DNA from: a virus | Taxonomy: Duplodnaviria; Caudoviricetes | Strand: one strand, 5' to 3' | Virus record (IMG/VR): IMGVR_UViG_3300025635_000121 | Coordinates: 1 to 29,617 of that record | DNA: 29,617 nt | In this document: positions 16,989 to 25,599 of the stretch, in pieces | Layout: the number at the start of each line of letters is the position of its first letter | Position numbering within the stretch: the stretch's first letter is position 1 | The notes under the pieces: model-generated | The model's input: the letters and a program-made list of their open reading frames with translations, nothing else | What the model was told of the DNA's origin: nothing | Databases searched by the model: none | Position numbers and translations under genes: made by a program

Positions 16989-18894
16989 GCGTGAACACCG
17001 CGCCCACGGGCGGAATCACCTCGCCAAGATCGTTCTTCCCGATCACCGACAACTCGAAGTAGAGGAAACGTCCGCAGTAGTTGAACATCCAATTCTCCGA
17101 CTTCACCGGCCTGACATTTGCAGCCAAGTATTGAGCAGTCGTCCGGTCGTCTGGGCAGCGGATCTCCTTGTCAGTCATCCGATGCCAGAGCACCTCGCAG
17201 GAATCCCCGTCCGTGGTGAACTCCGCCTGCCATTCCGGGGCGAAATCGTCTGTCTCATACCCGAACGCGAGAGGCTTCAGGTAAGGATTGGCGTCTCGCG
17301 CCTGATAACTGGTGCCGATGCGCAGCCGCCAGTAGTTTGAGTCGCCGAGCAAGTCCTGAACGGTCGGCTCCATGAGGAACTGCCGGATGGACTTCTCAAA
17401 ATCCATGTTCCCCAGCGGGAACATCCCACGAACGATGCTGAAATAGCCGTCGTTGACGTATTCCCCGACGAACGGGACGTAGTTGCCGAGCGAATTGAAC
17501 GAGCCTTCTCCCGTGGCAGCGTTCTCGCAGCGTTCCCGGCTGTAACTCGTGCCGAGCTGCTTGATGGAGTAGTCCTGAGCGGAGGCTCCGATGAAAAGCT
17601 GCTGCTGATTGCACTCAGCGCAGAAGTCATCAATGGTTTTCCCGCCGATGTTGGCGCAGAGGGAGAGAAAATCGTCGGTGCAATACTCATCGAGCCACTC
17701 ATCGAGGGTCTGGCGGCGGTCGCTGCGGTAGTTGGCGAATACGGTGAACCCGTGATCAATGATGTCGGCGGTATTGATCCGCAGATTCGCCTGAATGGTG
17801 CGGAAGTTGAGGCATCCCTCACCGCTTTTCGGCCAGGACCACAGGATTGTCTTCAGGTTCGGCCAGTATTCACCCACAGGACCAGAGCAGCAGCTCGTGT
17901 CGAGGGTGTTGATGACCAGATTCGAGGAGCGCCATAGCCATTCAGGCTGCTCAGGCTCGGCCAGATAGACGTTCCACTTGTAGAACGCATCACGCCCAAG
18001 CCAGTAGAGGTTGTTTCCGTCGCTCACCAAGGACTGCGGATAGACGAGGCACTTGTCCCGGTTCGTTGGCTCGGTATAGACGCGAGCAAACCCGAACGAG
18101 ATGCCATTCACGAAGCACCGATAGATGCTCTTGTCAGTGAAGATGACCAGATTCCCCTGCAACTCCCGCGCTGCAAGGATGGTTTCCGTGTAGGGCAGGT
18201 CTTGAAAGTTCGCCACTGTGGCCGCTGAAGGCACCCACGTCAGCGGATTGTTCACACCGCTCCACCGAACGCGGCTCGTGTAGCGCGTGCCATCCTGAAC
18301 CACGTTCATCAGGAAAATACACCCGTTGAAGCTGGCTGCGACCGCTGCTTGGGTCACTTTCAGCGTGTTTAGGTCGGCGACTTCGTTCAGGGCGGAGTCG
18401 CCACAGCCTGCCGGGAGGGTTCCCAGCGTGTAGCGCTGCGGCTTGTCGGAGTTGTTGGTGAAAATGACCGTGTTGCCAGCCTGCGCCACGGACCACCGAA
18501 GTTGGTTGCTGGTGTTCCCGGCACCGAAATCCCTGCCAAGGTAGGTCCAGTCCCCGCTGCTCTCGCTCAGGATGGCGAGTGAGGAGCGATTGCCCCGGAT
18601 GAGCTTCCTGACACCGATGTTGTTGGTAGCCTCGTAGAGCAGCGTAAAAGGCTCCCTGAGAGGCGACAGGTCCAAACAGTCTCCTTGGTCGTGTCCATCC
18701 TGATTGACATAAGGCGAGGCATCTGCGAGCAGCCGCTCCCATCCGTAGCCTCGGGCGAGCTTGTCATTGTCGTCCACCATCATGTTCAGCTTGAAGCGGA
18801 ACGAGTTGGCGGGTGCATCCTCCGGGTTGGAGCGCGAGTCCATCGGCCCAAGGAGGGGCCGCAGGATGATGGACTTGTAGGGCGTGGTGGCCAT
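16948..18894 (-). CDS. tail nozzle/head-closure beta-propeller protein (P22 gp10 / T7 gp12-like)
   Basis: Likely start MATTPY at 18894 (TAATG overlap); 648 aa. Motifs RVRWSG.NNP.TW, GNLVIFTDKSIYR, SLVSDGNNLYWLGRDAFY and the C-terminal GRFLYFEL fit this class. Confidence 0.7.
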   Translation of the reverse strand: MATTPYKSIILRPLLGPMDSRSNPEDAPANSFRFKLNMMVDDNDKLARGYGWERLLADASPYVNQDGHDQGDCLDLSPLREPFTLLYEATNNIGVRKLIRGNRSSLAILSESSGDWTYLGRDFGAGNTSNQLRWSVAQAGNTVIFTNNSDKPQRYTLGTLPAGCGDSALNEVADLNTLKVTQAAVAASFNGCIFLMNVVQDGTRYTSRVRWSGVNNPLTWVPSAATVANFQDLPYTETILAARELQGNLVIFTDKSIYRCFVNGISFGFARVYTEPTNRDKCLVYPQSLVSDGNNLYWLGRDAFYKWNVYLAEPEQPEWLWRSSNLVINTLDTSCCSGPVGEYWPNLKTILWSWPKSGEGCLNFRTIQANLRINTADIIDHGFTVFANYRSDRRQTLDEWLDEYCTDDFLSLCANIGGKTIDDFCAECNQQQLFIGASAQDYSIKQLGTSYSRERCENAATGEGSFNSLGNYVPFVGEYVNDGYFSIVRGMFPLGNMDFEKSIRQFLMEPTVQDLLGDSNYWRLRIGTSYQARDANPYLKPLAFGYETDDFAPEWQAEFTTDGDSCEVLWHRMTDKEIRCPDDRTTAQYLAANVRPVKSENWMFNYCGRFLYFELSVIGKNDLGEVIPPVGAVFTLSRFQVDARVMAS

Positions 18895-20138
18895 TACACA
18901 ACAAAGCCCCAGTAGATTTCCCCTTGGGGACCACCGTTTCCACCAGTGGCGAACGGAAGTGCGCTTCCATTGGAAGCGCGGTCGGAACCTCCGCCCGGAT
19001 AATACGACCCGTAGTAACCTCCAGACGGCACACCCGGATTGGTTCCCTGCGGCCACCGCCTAAAATAGTAGTCGGCTCCCGTGTAGCCACCATTACCACC
19101 GCTGGCAGCGCTGCCAGCAATGCCGGTAAATTGAGTGACGGCTTGGAAGTATGTTCCGTTATATGTGGACGAACCGCCAGCCCCACCGGCACCATTGTAA
19201 ATTCCACCACCACCACCAGCCGCACGAGCTATCTCAATCCAAGGATCGCCATTTGCAGCTCGGTAATACAGCACGGCGTCCCCACCAGCCGTTCCGTTTG
19301 CAGAGTTTCCACCTCCGGTTCCAGACGCCGTAAATTCAGCGTAGAACTCATTTCCAGCAGCAACGCTGACTTCACCAATCAGCACCCCACCGCCACCAGC
19401 ACCGCCACCAGCGTTTGTAAGGCTGCCGCCACCGCCACCGCCACCAGCGCCGAAAAGCGAGAAGACAAACTTTGAGAATCCAGCCGGAACGACGTAGGGG
19501 GATGCTGGATTGATATAGGCAGCTAGTCCGCCAAACGTGTAGTAGGTGTAGTTGTAATAACGCCTTCCAGAAGCGACGTTCGACTTTGCGCTGAAATTTC
19601 CAGTCCCGTCGTGCCCGACCACCCAGTAATAGAGGATGTCGTTATCGCTCGTTCCAGAGAAGTCGTAATCAAGAAAAAGAATGTAATCGCCACAGTCGTA
19701 AAGCTGCTCACCTGAAACCGGCAGCCATTCAACCGTCGCATCATCCGGCTCGGTTGGAGCTAGAATAAGAGTTGCTGTGGCTGGGTTGTTGACAGTGTTC
19801 CGATAGACAGAGAACGAGGTAACTCCGGTCGGCTTCGTCCACCGCATCCGATACGCCTCACCATTGTAGTGGCGATACGCGATTGGCATTATCAGGTCCG
19901 CTACCGCAGTTAGCGATTCAGATCCTCCTCCCGTGGTTGAACTTCCACCGCCACCGCATCCAGTGGCGCACACGCGGTTTGTGTATGCGGTCGTAAAAGT
20001 CCCATCCTCGTTGAAGATGTAAGCCTGATTGTCAGAGGTCATCTGAACCACTCGGAACACCTTTGCAAGCGCCTCGCAAACGCTGTCGCCTGGGTTGACT
20101 ACTTGAGCTGCGAATTCGGATGGGGGATGAAATGGCAT
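18894..20138 (-). CDS. Gly-rich tail fibre/decoration protein with Fn3-like domain
   Basis: Likely start MPFHPP at 20138 (TAATG); 414 aa. Fn3-like W..P...SVYRN...YYWVVGHD..GNFS..SN, then a glycine-rich domain (GAGGGGGGG..GGGAGGGG..A.GGGGG). Confidence 0.75.
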   Translation of the reverse strand: MPFHPPSEFAAQVVNPGDSVCEALAKVFRVVQMTSDNQAYIFNEDGTFTTAYTNRVCATGCGGGGSSTTGGGSESLTAVADLIMPIAYRHYNGEAYRMRWTKPTGVTSFSVYRNTVNNPATATLILAPTEPDDATVEWLPVSGEQLYDCGDYILFLDYDFSGTSDNDILYYWVVGHDGTGNFSAKSNVASGRRYYNYTYYTFGGLAAYINPASPYVVPAGFSKFVFSLFGAGGGGGGGSLTNAGGGAGGGGVLIGEVSVAAGNEFYAEFTASGTGGGNSANGTAGGDAVLYYRAANGDPWIEIARAAGGGGGIYNGAGGAGGSSTYNGTYFQAVTQFTGIAGSAASGGNGGYTGADYYFRRWPQGTNPGVPSGGYYGSYYPGGGSDRASNGSALPFATGGNGGPQGEIYWGFVV

Positions 20139-20374
20139 TACGCGCTTGTAGTTGAGGATGAAGCCGACCCGCCACCACCACCTCCGCAGTTGGCGCTGCA
20201 AATCAGATCGGTAAAACCTTCAGTCAGAGAACCGTCCTCATTGAACTGGCAGGCTGTGTTTTGGTATTGAAGGGATGTCCACCCAAGAAGAATCGCCCTA
20301 ATCTCAGCGCAGGTTGGATTCCCCGGATCGGCAGGGGTCAAATCTGCATACTGCGATGGAAGCGGACAGGACAC
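20138..20374 (-). CDS. small protein paralogous to the fibre N-terminal domain
   Basis: 78 aa, GTG start. Shares P.PS.(Y/F)A..PG...C...FNEDG(S/T).T...C...CGGGG..SSTT with the next gene. Confidence 0.75.
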   Translation of the reverse strand: MSCPLPSQYADLTPADPGNPTCAEIRAILLGWTSLQYQNTACQFNEDGSLTEGFTDLICSANCGGGGGGSASSSTTSA

Positions 20375-20382
20375 GCATGGCC

Positions 20383-20410
20383 ACTATGCCACGTAGCCTT
20401 TATCGTTCAA
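20383..20410 (-). promoter_or_regulatory. possible promoter for a leaderless transcript of the fibre/tail genes
   Basis: - strand TTGAAC-N16-CATAGT, ending 8 nt before the GTG at 20374. This is one of the few intergenic gaps in the operon. Confidence 0.3.
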
Positions 20411-21345
20411 GTCCAAAACCTCGGCATCCCAAACCGCTCCAGATACTCCTCCAAAGACCGCGTGAAGACCCTCTCTGCGAAGACTCGCTCAATCTCGATG
20501 TTGGACTGGTCGTTTCTGAATAGGTCCATCGCAATCTTGAAGTCCTGTGCCGGGAGCGCGTGCTGGTGCATCTTCGCCACCATGAACGCCGTGGCGTCTT
20601 CTGGAAAGAGCGTGGCCGCAATCATCAGCTTGTTGTAGAGCGTGGCGGCAATCTTGTAGGTGTAGGTGGTGGCGGTCCTGAACTGGTGCCCTATCCGAAC
20701 ATCCGTCATCTGCCTGCATTCACCACCAGCCAGCCAGACCTTCAGCGAGAGGTAAGGCTCCGAGGAACCCCAGTGGCGAAGCATCCTCATGCCACCAATC
20801 TTGAAGAAGAGGCTGCGGGGCATGAAGTAGGCGGCTCCCAGGACGCAGGGTATCACGTCGTTGTTTGCCGGGTGCCGCTCTTTCGGAATCCACACCGGCT
20901 CAATGAACTGCATCAAGTGCGGCTTGTTCTTGTTCGGCCCGAAGAAGTTCAAGGTGGCCCCGTTGTAAGTCTTGCTCTCCGGATTCATCTGCATGTTCTC
21001 CGCGTTCAGGTGGACGCAAGTGCAGCCCCAGAGGGTGTCGTCGCTGGACTCCAACCTTTCAAGCGCCTTCTCATACCACCCCGGCTCAAAGCGCATGTGG
21101 GCGTCTATGATGAGCAGATGCTTCCGGCTGGCCATCGTGGCGGCGATGTGGCGGGCTGGCCCTACCCCAGCTCTCCCGTGGACGGTCCTGAACACGACGT
21201 TCTTATCGTCCAGTTGAAGGGGTTGGTCGGAGCCATCATCCAAAACTACCACTTCAGGAAGGTCGCCAGCCGTCTCCCTGATGGAGCGAATCGTGGCGTT
21301 CGCTTCCTCTTGGTCGTTCCGGCAGGTGATGCAGACGGAGATCAT
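20407..21345 (-). CDS. GT-A glycosyltransferase resembling polypeptide GalNAc-transferase (GT27/GT2)
   Basis: Start MISVCIT at 21345 (ATGA); 312 aa. Motifs VVLDDGS, GVGPARH, IIDAH (DxH), GAAYF..R..F..IGG, WGSSE.YLSLKVWLAGG, RIGHQFR. Confidence 0.8.
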   Translation of the reverse strand: MISVCITCRNDQEEANATIRSIRETAGDLPEVVVLDDGSDQPLQLDDKNVVFRTVHGRAGVGPARHIAATMASRKHLLIIDAHMRFEPGWYEKALERLESSDDTLWGCTCVHLNAENMQMNPESKTYNGATLNFFGPNKNKPHLMQFIEPVWIPKERHPANNDVIPCVLGAAYFMPRSLFFKIGGMRMLRHWGSSEPYLSLKVWLAGGECRQMTDVRIGHQFRTATTYTYKIAATLYNKLMIAATLFPEDATAFMVAKMHQHALPAQDFKIAMDLFRNDQSNIEIERVFAERVFTRSLEEYLERFGMPRFWT

Positions 21346-21995
21346 GCGCTCGCCGTGGAGTTTTTCACAATCACACCACCGATGAATGCGGTAAATGCTG
21401 GCGGGATGCACTCCTTTAATCCCTCACAGCTCATCCAATCTATGCCGTAAGCTGCTGGCGCGTTTTTTACGCTCTTAGGCTTCATTCCGAGAGCGAATCG
21501 CTTCTCCCTACTCGCCTTGCTTGCAGTCGTAACGAGCAGTGGGATTTGCGAGTGGTCGCACGCGCTCGGCGCTGCAATGTGGAAGTTTGTCTCAAAGTAG
21601 CGGTGCCGTTGCGTCCGCAGTCCAAACATCGAACCGCAAAGCATCACCGGGTTTTCTAGTTCGTGCCGTGCGCCAGCTACGTTCTCAATGACGTATGGCT
21701 TCCCAAGCTGTCGGAGCATATCCCGCAGTTGTGGAATCAGCTTCGGATATTTGGGCTTATGAGCGTCCGGCGTCAGGTGGCTGTATCCTTGGCACGGCGG
21801 CGAGGCGTGAACAGCATCGTATTCACCCCCATGTTCAGCGAGGTATTCCAGCGCATCATCGCACACGAAAGCGAATGGATAGCGAGGCTGCTGCTCAATA
21901 TCAATTCCAGTCACGTCGAATCCGGCTATGTGGTATCCCATTCCAGCACCACCCTCGCAACAAAACAGGTCCAGCATCTTCATCTTTGTGCTCAC
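21342..21995 (-). CDS. DNA (cytosine-5) methyltransferase, short phage type
   Basis: Motif I LDLFCCEGGAGMG, IV SPPCQ, VI ENV, VIII QRHRYF, X IPPAFT. Start GTG 21995 (GTGA) or ATG 21983. Confidence 0.85.
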   Translation of the reverse strand: MSTKMKMLDLFCCEGGAGMGYHIAGFDVTGIDIEQQPRYPFAFVCDDALEYLAEHGGEYDAVHASPPCQGYSHLTPDAHKPKYPKLIPQLRDMLRQLGKPYVIENVAGARHELENPVMLCGSMFGLRTQRHRYFETNFHIAAPSACDHSQIPLLVTTASKASREKRFALGMKPKSVKNAPAAYGIDWMSCEGLKECIPPAFTAFIGGVIVKNSTASA

Positions 21996-22192
21996 TGCTT
22001 GCACCTCCTCAAAAGGTAATCCCTCGCAGCCACCATCTCCAGACGTTCCTCCACCAACTCCTCGTAGCGTTCCTTCTGCTCGGCATCCCACTCGCCGCAC
22101 ATCTCCCCTAGAGCAGCCGCTATCTGCTCGTGCTCATGGTCTATCTCGGACAGAACTTCTGCGACGGTGGATTGCAGGGTGAGTTGGTTCAT
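21992..22192 (-). CDS. small acidic coiled-coil hypothetical protein
   Basis: 66 aa, E-rich, with start/stop overlaps on both sides. Confidence 0.65.
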   Translation of the reverse strand: MNQLTLQSTVAEVLSEIDHEHEQIAAALGEMCGEWDAEQKERYEELVEERLEMVAARDYLLRRCKQ

Positions 22193-22905
22193 GGATGCGC
22201 TTTCAGATATTCCCGCGTGAGCTGCCAGTAGTCATGCTGCCAGCGTGGATGCAGCGTCACCTTGCCGCGTTTCGGCATGGCCTTCATCACGAGACGCTTT
22301 ACGGTCTGCATCCCATTGAGCTGCCCCGGTCGGTCTGGCCCCGTGCGGGAGATGTTGCTGGAATGCCAGCGGTAGAGGAATCCGGTGTCCTCCGGTCGGC
22401 ATTCCACCCGCGCTCCACCATGACGATTCGCCAGCAGCCGCCTGAAGCCCTTGTCCTCCCCGGAGTTCTCGTGCGGGAACCCACCAACAGACGCCCAAGC
22501 CGACTTCCTGAAAAGCGACTGGTTGGTGGCTTGCTCGGCCATTCCGATGATTCTCCCGTTGCGAAGACAGAAGCGGCGGTCCTGCCGAATCCAGTCCCGG
22601 CCTTCCAGCCTGGATACCAGCCATGAGAGGTATCCCGGCAGGATAATGTCGTCGTCGTCGAGGTTGAGGATTAACTCCCCTTCACACTTCTCAATGCACT
22701 TGTTCCTGGTTTCCCCGAGAGTGGCCGGTCTGGAGTAGGCATTGATAACGCGAACACCTGGAGCAGTGCAGACCAAATGCTGCCGCTCGTAGGTGTTGTA
22801 GATCACCATCTCCTTGCTGGGATAGTCCTGCCGGAGAAAGCTCTCGATGGCTTCTTCCAGCATCCCCGTGCGGGCGTATGTGAGCGTGGCGCAGGAGATT
22901 TTCAC
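22189..22905 (-). CDS. family 2 glycosyltransferase
   Basis: Start GTG 22905 (KISCATLTYAR). Motifs EAIESFLRQDYP, LGETRN, LDDDD, GGFP..NSGED. Confidence 0.85.
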   Translation of the reverse strand: MKISCATLTYARTGMLEEAIESFLRQDYPSKEMVIYNTYERQHLVCTAPGVRVINAYSRPATLGETRNKCIEKCEGELILNLDDDDIILPGYLSWLVSRLEGRDWIRQDRRFCLRNGRIIGMAEQATNQSLFRKSAWASVGGFPHENSGEDKGFRRLLANRHGGARVECRPEDTGFLYRWHSSNISRTGPDRPGQLNGMQTVKRLVMKAMPKRGKVTLHPRWQHDYWQLTREYLKAHP

Positions 22906-23165
22906 TTTGCGATTGCTACAGGGATTACGGTTGTTGAACCGCCAACCCGGACCATCTGGGTCCATTCTTCCAGCGTTATTCCTGCCGGGTTTCCGGTGTG
23001 GCGACACCAAGTAGAATACGCTTTCGGAAACTCAACTCGGTTGCGGTATTCGTTGACGCCGATCAAGTAGAGAATGAACATGAATATGCAGACAGTCAGG
23101 CACAGGTTTTCTTGGCAAAACTCTACAAAGAACTTCACCTCCGATTTGAGCTTTTCAATTTTCAT
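22902..23165 (-). CDS. small membrane protein
   Basis: 87 aa with one hydrophobic stretch (LCLTVCIFMFILYLIGV); GTGA coupling to the next gene. Confidence 0.55.
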   Translation of the reverse strand: MKIEKLKSEVKFFVEFCQENLCLTVCIFMFILYLIGVNEYRNRVEFPKAYSTWCRHTGNPAGITLEEWTQMVRVGGSTTVIPVAIAK

Positions 23166-23199
23166 AAGTTCGGTTTAGAGCTTGTTGCGCAGGAGCTTT

Positions 23200-23862
23200 T
23201 CACAGCTTGGCAATTTCTGGAGCAGCCACCTCCACAAGCCAATTTACAAGGTCCGTTGGATAATCGAAGTCGCGTGATTTTCCGGGAATATCAACGTAGC
23301 GGTCAAGCGGGGTTGGGTGTTTTGGGAATGGATAAATCTCACCGGGGGAAGCCTCCAATGGTAATCCGTTCCAATGCCGCAACATTCTCCAAGAGCCGCC
23401 AACCGTCTCCCCCCTTCCCTCCATTTGCAAAACGGCTTCCATGCTCGATTTCCAGCGAAGCAGTTCGGATTTTGCGCAAAACGATGCTAGTATTTCGTAA
23501 TAAGCAATGTTTCCAAACCACAGGCTCTCATCCCGACACAGCCCGCAGATTTTGTCCACAGCAGCGTTTTCAAAGAAAACATCTCCGTGAACAAACAGCA
23601 CGTTTCCGCTACCATCCCATAGCCGTTCCGAAGAGGCAAACTTATCGGTGTTTTTATCTCCCGGAACAGGCTTGTGAATGGTGGCCTCATTCGCCGAAAA
23701 CCCATCGCCAACTATCCACACTTTTCCATGCTTGGAAAACTGCCGCACGGTTCGGTGAAGCAGAGGCTCTCCAGACACATTGATCAACTGCTTGGGAACG
23801 CCGGTGAAGTTTCCCCACCGAGAGCCAAGACCCCCACACAAAATTAGAATCTTCTCGATCAT
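23200..23862 (-). CDS. NTP-transferase (sugar-/choline-phosphate nucleotidyltransferase, LicC-like)
   Basis: ILCGGLGSRW...PKQLI.V.GEPLL.RT.RQ, HGDV, DFDYP.D. Confidence 0.8.
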   Translation of the reverse strand: MIEKILILCGGLGSRWGNFTGVPKQLINVSGEPLLHRTVRQFSKHGKVWIVGDGFSANEATIHKPVPGDKNTDKFASSERLWDGSGNVLFVHGDVFFENAAVDKICGLCRDESLWFGNIAYYEILASFCAKSELLRWKSSMEAVLQMEGRGETVGGSWRMLRHWNGLPLEASPGEIYPFPKHPTPLDRYVDIPGKSRDFDYPTDLVNWLVEVAAPEIAKL

Positions 23863-24608
23863 CGGATAAGCATTGCTGGGTTAATGAACACCTTGCCGCC
23901 ACGCTTTCGGATAGCTTGATTGAACGCTACGTGCTCCACATCTCCTCCATGAAATGTGCTTCTCATGCTGTATCTACACCCATCTATGGCAGACGTTCTG
24001 TAGATGCCGAGCCCGTTAAAAGCCGACTCAACCTCAATCGGTGGCAGGTGCCTCGGTATCGCTTTTTTGTGAGTGTGGATGAATTTATCTATCGCCTCCT
24101 CACCACTCATGGAAGACGGCCTACCATGAACCATCTTCCAGCAATCGTATGGACACCACTCCGAACGCAGTGCCCAAATGTCGTAATACTTGGTTGTGTT
24201 CGCAGTCATCGCCGCCCATCCGTCATGCTTAAAGCTGCTAAGAATGCTTTCTGTTGGAATTGGCTCCTGGCATATCCCGTCCATATCCAGCACTATCAGA
24301 AAGTCCTTCCTTTCTTTCCACAGCTCGTCTAGGCAGGCGTTCCGACACTCCGGCAAACGCTCCGTCCTGCTTTTTAGCCGACTAGCCATGCCGTCAAGGT
24401 TGACAACCCTTCTGGAATCGCCGCCGCTGCTCCACGCTTTTAGGGCTCCCAGAGTTCCATCCTCGTTGTCATTCGTGACAACCACATAAGAAGCGTCTTT
24501 GAACAACCCACCTATAGAGGCGAAGTTCGCCAAAACGCCGGGAAGATGTTTTTCAACGTTCCGCGCACAGCCGCAGACCTGAACAGAGTGTTTTGATGTA
24601 TCTATCAT
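23859..24608 (-). CDS. GT-A glycosyltransferase (CAP59/GT69-like motifs)
   Basis: Start ATG 24608 (ATGA). Motifs GCARN, ND..DGT, CRN..L, IVLDMD, YYDIWALR, VESAFNGLGIY, VEHV, KVFINP. Confidence 0.75.
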   Translation of the reverse strand: MIDTSKHSVQVCGCARNVEKHLPGVLANFASIGGLFKDASYVVVTNDNEDGTLGALKAWSSGGDSRRVVNLDGMASRLKSRTERLPECRNACLDELWKERKDFLIVLDMDGICQEPIPTESILSSFKHDGWAAMTANTTKYYDIWALRSEWCPYDCWKMVHGRPSSMSGEEAIDKFIHTHKKAIPRHLPPIEVESAFNGLGIYRTSAIDGCRYSMRSTFHGGDVEHVAFNQAIRKRGGKVFINPAMLIR

Positions 24609-25471
24609 AAGGCCCACTGGCAAATTTCTGGAAGCATTCTTGCACAGTCAAAACGTGAAGCGTCTGCACGCTGCGCCGCCGCATCGCGCTCCACAACATC
24701 CCATCTAACCCTCTTCACTTCCACAACAGCAGCATCCACATCGCTCGCCTCGAACCGCTGCAAATCCAAGACGTAGCAACCGCAGGAAGCGGCCTCCAAC
24801 GGGCGCGGCATGGAGCGATCAATCTCACCATGCCCGCTCCTGAGATTTATCACACCGCAAAACGCATTGTATAACGCAATGAGCATTTCAGGGTCCGATT
24901 TCGGACACTTCACATCAACAACCAGCCCGTGATTCTTCAACGCCTTCAGAATTGCCATCCGCTGCTCACCGTATGCTGTTCCAACAAACAGGAACAGTTT
25001 TGTTCTATCCGAAAATTCGGTAGTTTTGCGACACTTTTCAAATGCGAATGGGAACGCTCCAATCTTCATGGTTGGCAACCCGGTCAACTGCAACTGCCTG
25101 TATTCCTCCGAATTTGCGCCCCTATCAAATCCGACAAGATGCGTTGCACACGCCACCGCGTTGGCAAATTTATCACAGAATTCAGGTCTGGCCCTTTTCG
25201 CAAATACTAGCTCATTGGCTAGAAGTATTCTCTTTCCTCGAAGAGACTTAAACGCAGACCGCTTTTCAGCAGAGTCAAAAAGCCAGCCAAGTTGAGTTGT
25301 TCCACCAAAGAAAACACATCTCGCGTCGCTCGCTCCACATGCAGCGATCACCTCAGAAACATTGTTGTGACCACTTTCGATAGCAACCCCAAGGCCGCGC
25401 TCCACTATCACGTCTCCAACCCACGAAGAGCACGACGCTGGCTCATTTGCAGGGTAAATGAAAACTATCAC
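24605..25471 (-). CDS. GT-B glycosyltransferase-like protein (CgeB/Glyco_trans_1_2-like)
   Basis: FLFVGTAY..QR..IL..L...LYN....INL...MPRPLEAASCGCYVL; GTG start. Confidence 0.6.
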   Translation of the reverse strand: MIVFIYPANEPASCSSWVGDVIVERGLGVAIESGHNNVSEVIAACGASDARCVFFGGTTQLGWLFDSAEKRSAFKSLRGKRILLANELVFAKRARPEFCDKFANAVACATHLVGFDRGANSEEYRQLQLTGLPTMKIGAFPFAFEKCRKTTEFSDRTKLFLFVGTAYGEQRMAILKALKNHGLVVDVKCPKSDPEMLIALYNAFCGVINLRSGHGEIDRSMPRPLEAASCGCYVLDLQRFEASDVDAAVVEVKRVRWDVVERDAAAQRADASRFDCARMLPEICQWAL

Positions 25472-25524
25472 AATGGAAGTCTGGCGGAATTGACTTAGGC
25501 TAACATTCCTGAAATGGTTTCCCC

Positions 25525-25597
25525 AGCGTCAATCATTCGCGCATGTTGGTTGATGTTAGCACCGGGCAGGCTTGTCAGATGGACTGCCCGGTGCGTT
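25525..25597 (+). ncRNA. candidate cis-antisense small RNA (SymR/ptaRNA1-like architecture)
   Basis: + strand TTGACT (25490-25495)-N17-AATGGT, then GTTGGTTGATGTTAGC running into a perfect 11-bp stem GCACCGGGCAG/CTGCCCGGTGC (25559-25569/25584-25594). It lies opposite the - strand leader. Ends are estimated. Confidence 0.4.
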
Positions 25598-25599
25598 CC

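Noticed and set aside
18895-19056. Extended N-termini in the ORF track for several - strand genes (702, 435, 334, 252, 273, 225 and 148 aa)
   Set aside because: The extensions overlap upstream genes. Downstream starts coincide with stop-start overlaps and with where family motifs begin.
20138-20201. Programmed frameshift fusing the 78-aa protein to the fibre
   Set aside because: The frames overlap but no slippery heptamer is present; TAATG coupling explains the layout.
22902-23165. Holin call for the small membrane protein
   Set aside because: It has a single hydrophobic segment and no endolysin or spanin gene is nearby, so the evidence is insufficient.
23166-23199. Intrinsic terminator in the intergenic gap
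   Set aside because: Only a weak, imperfect stem and no U-tract in the transcribed (-) direction.
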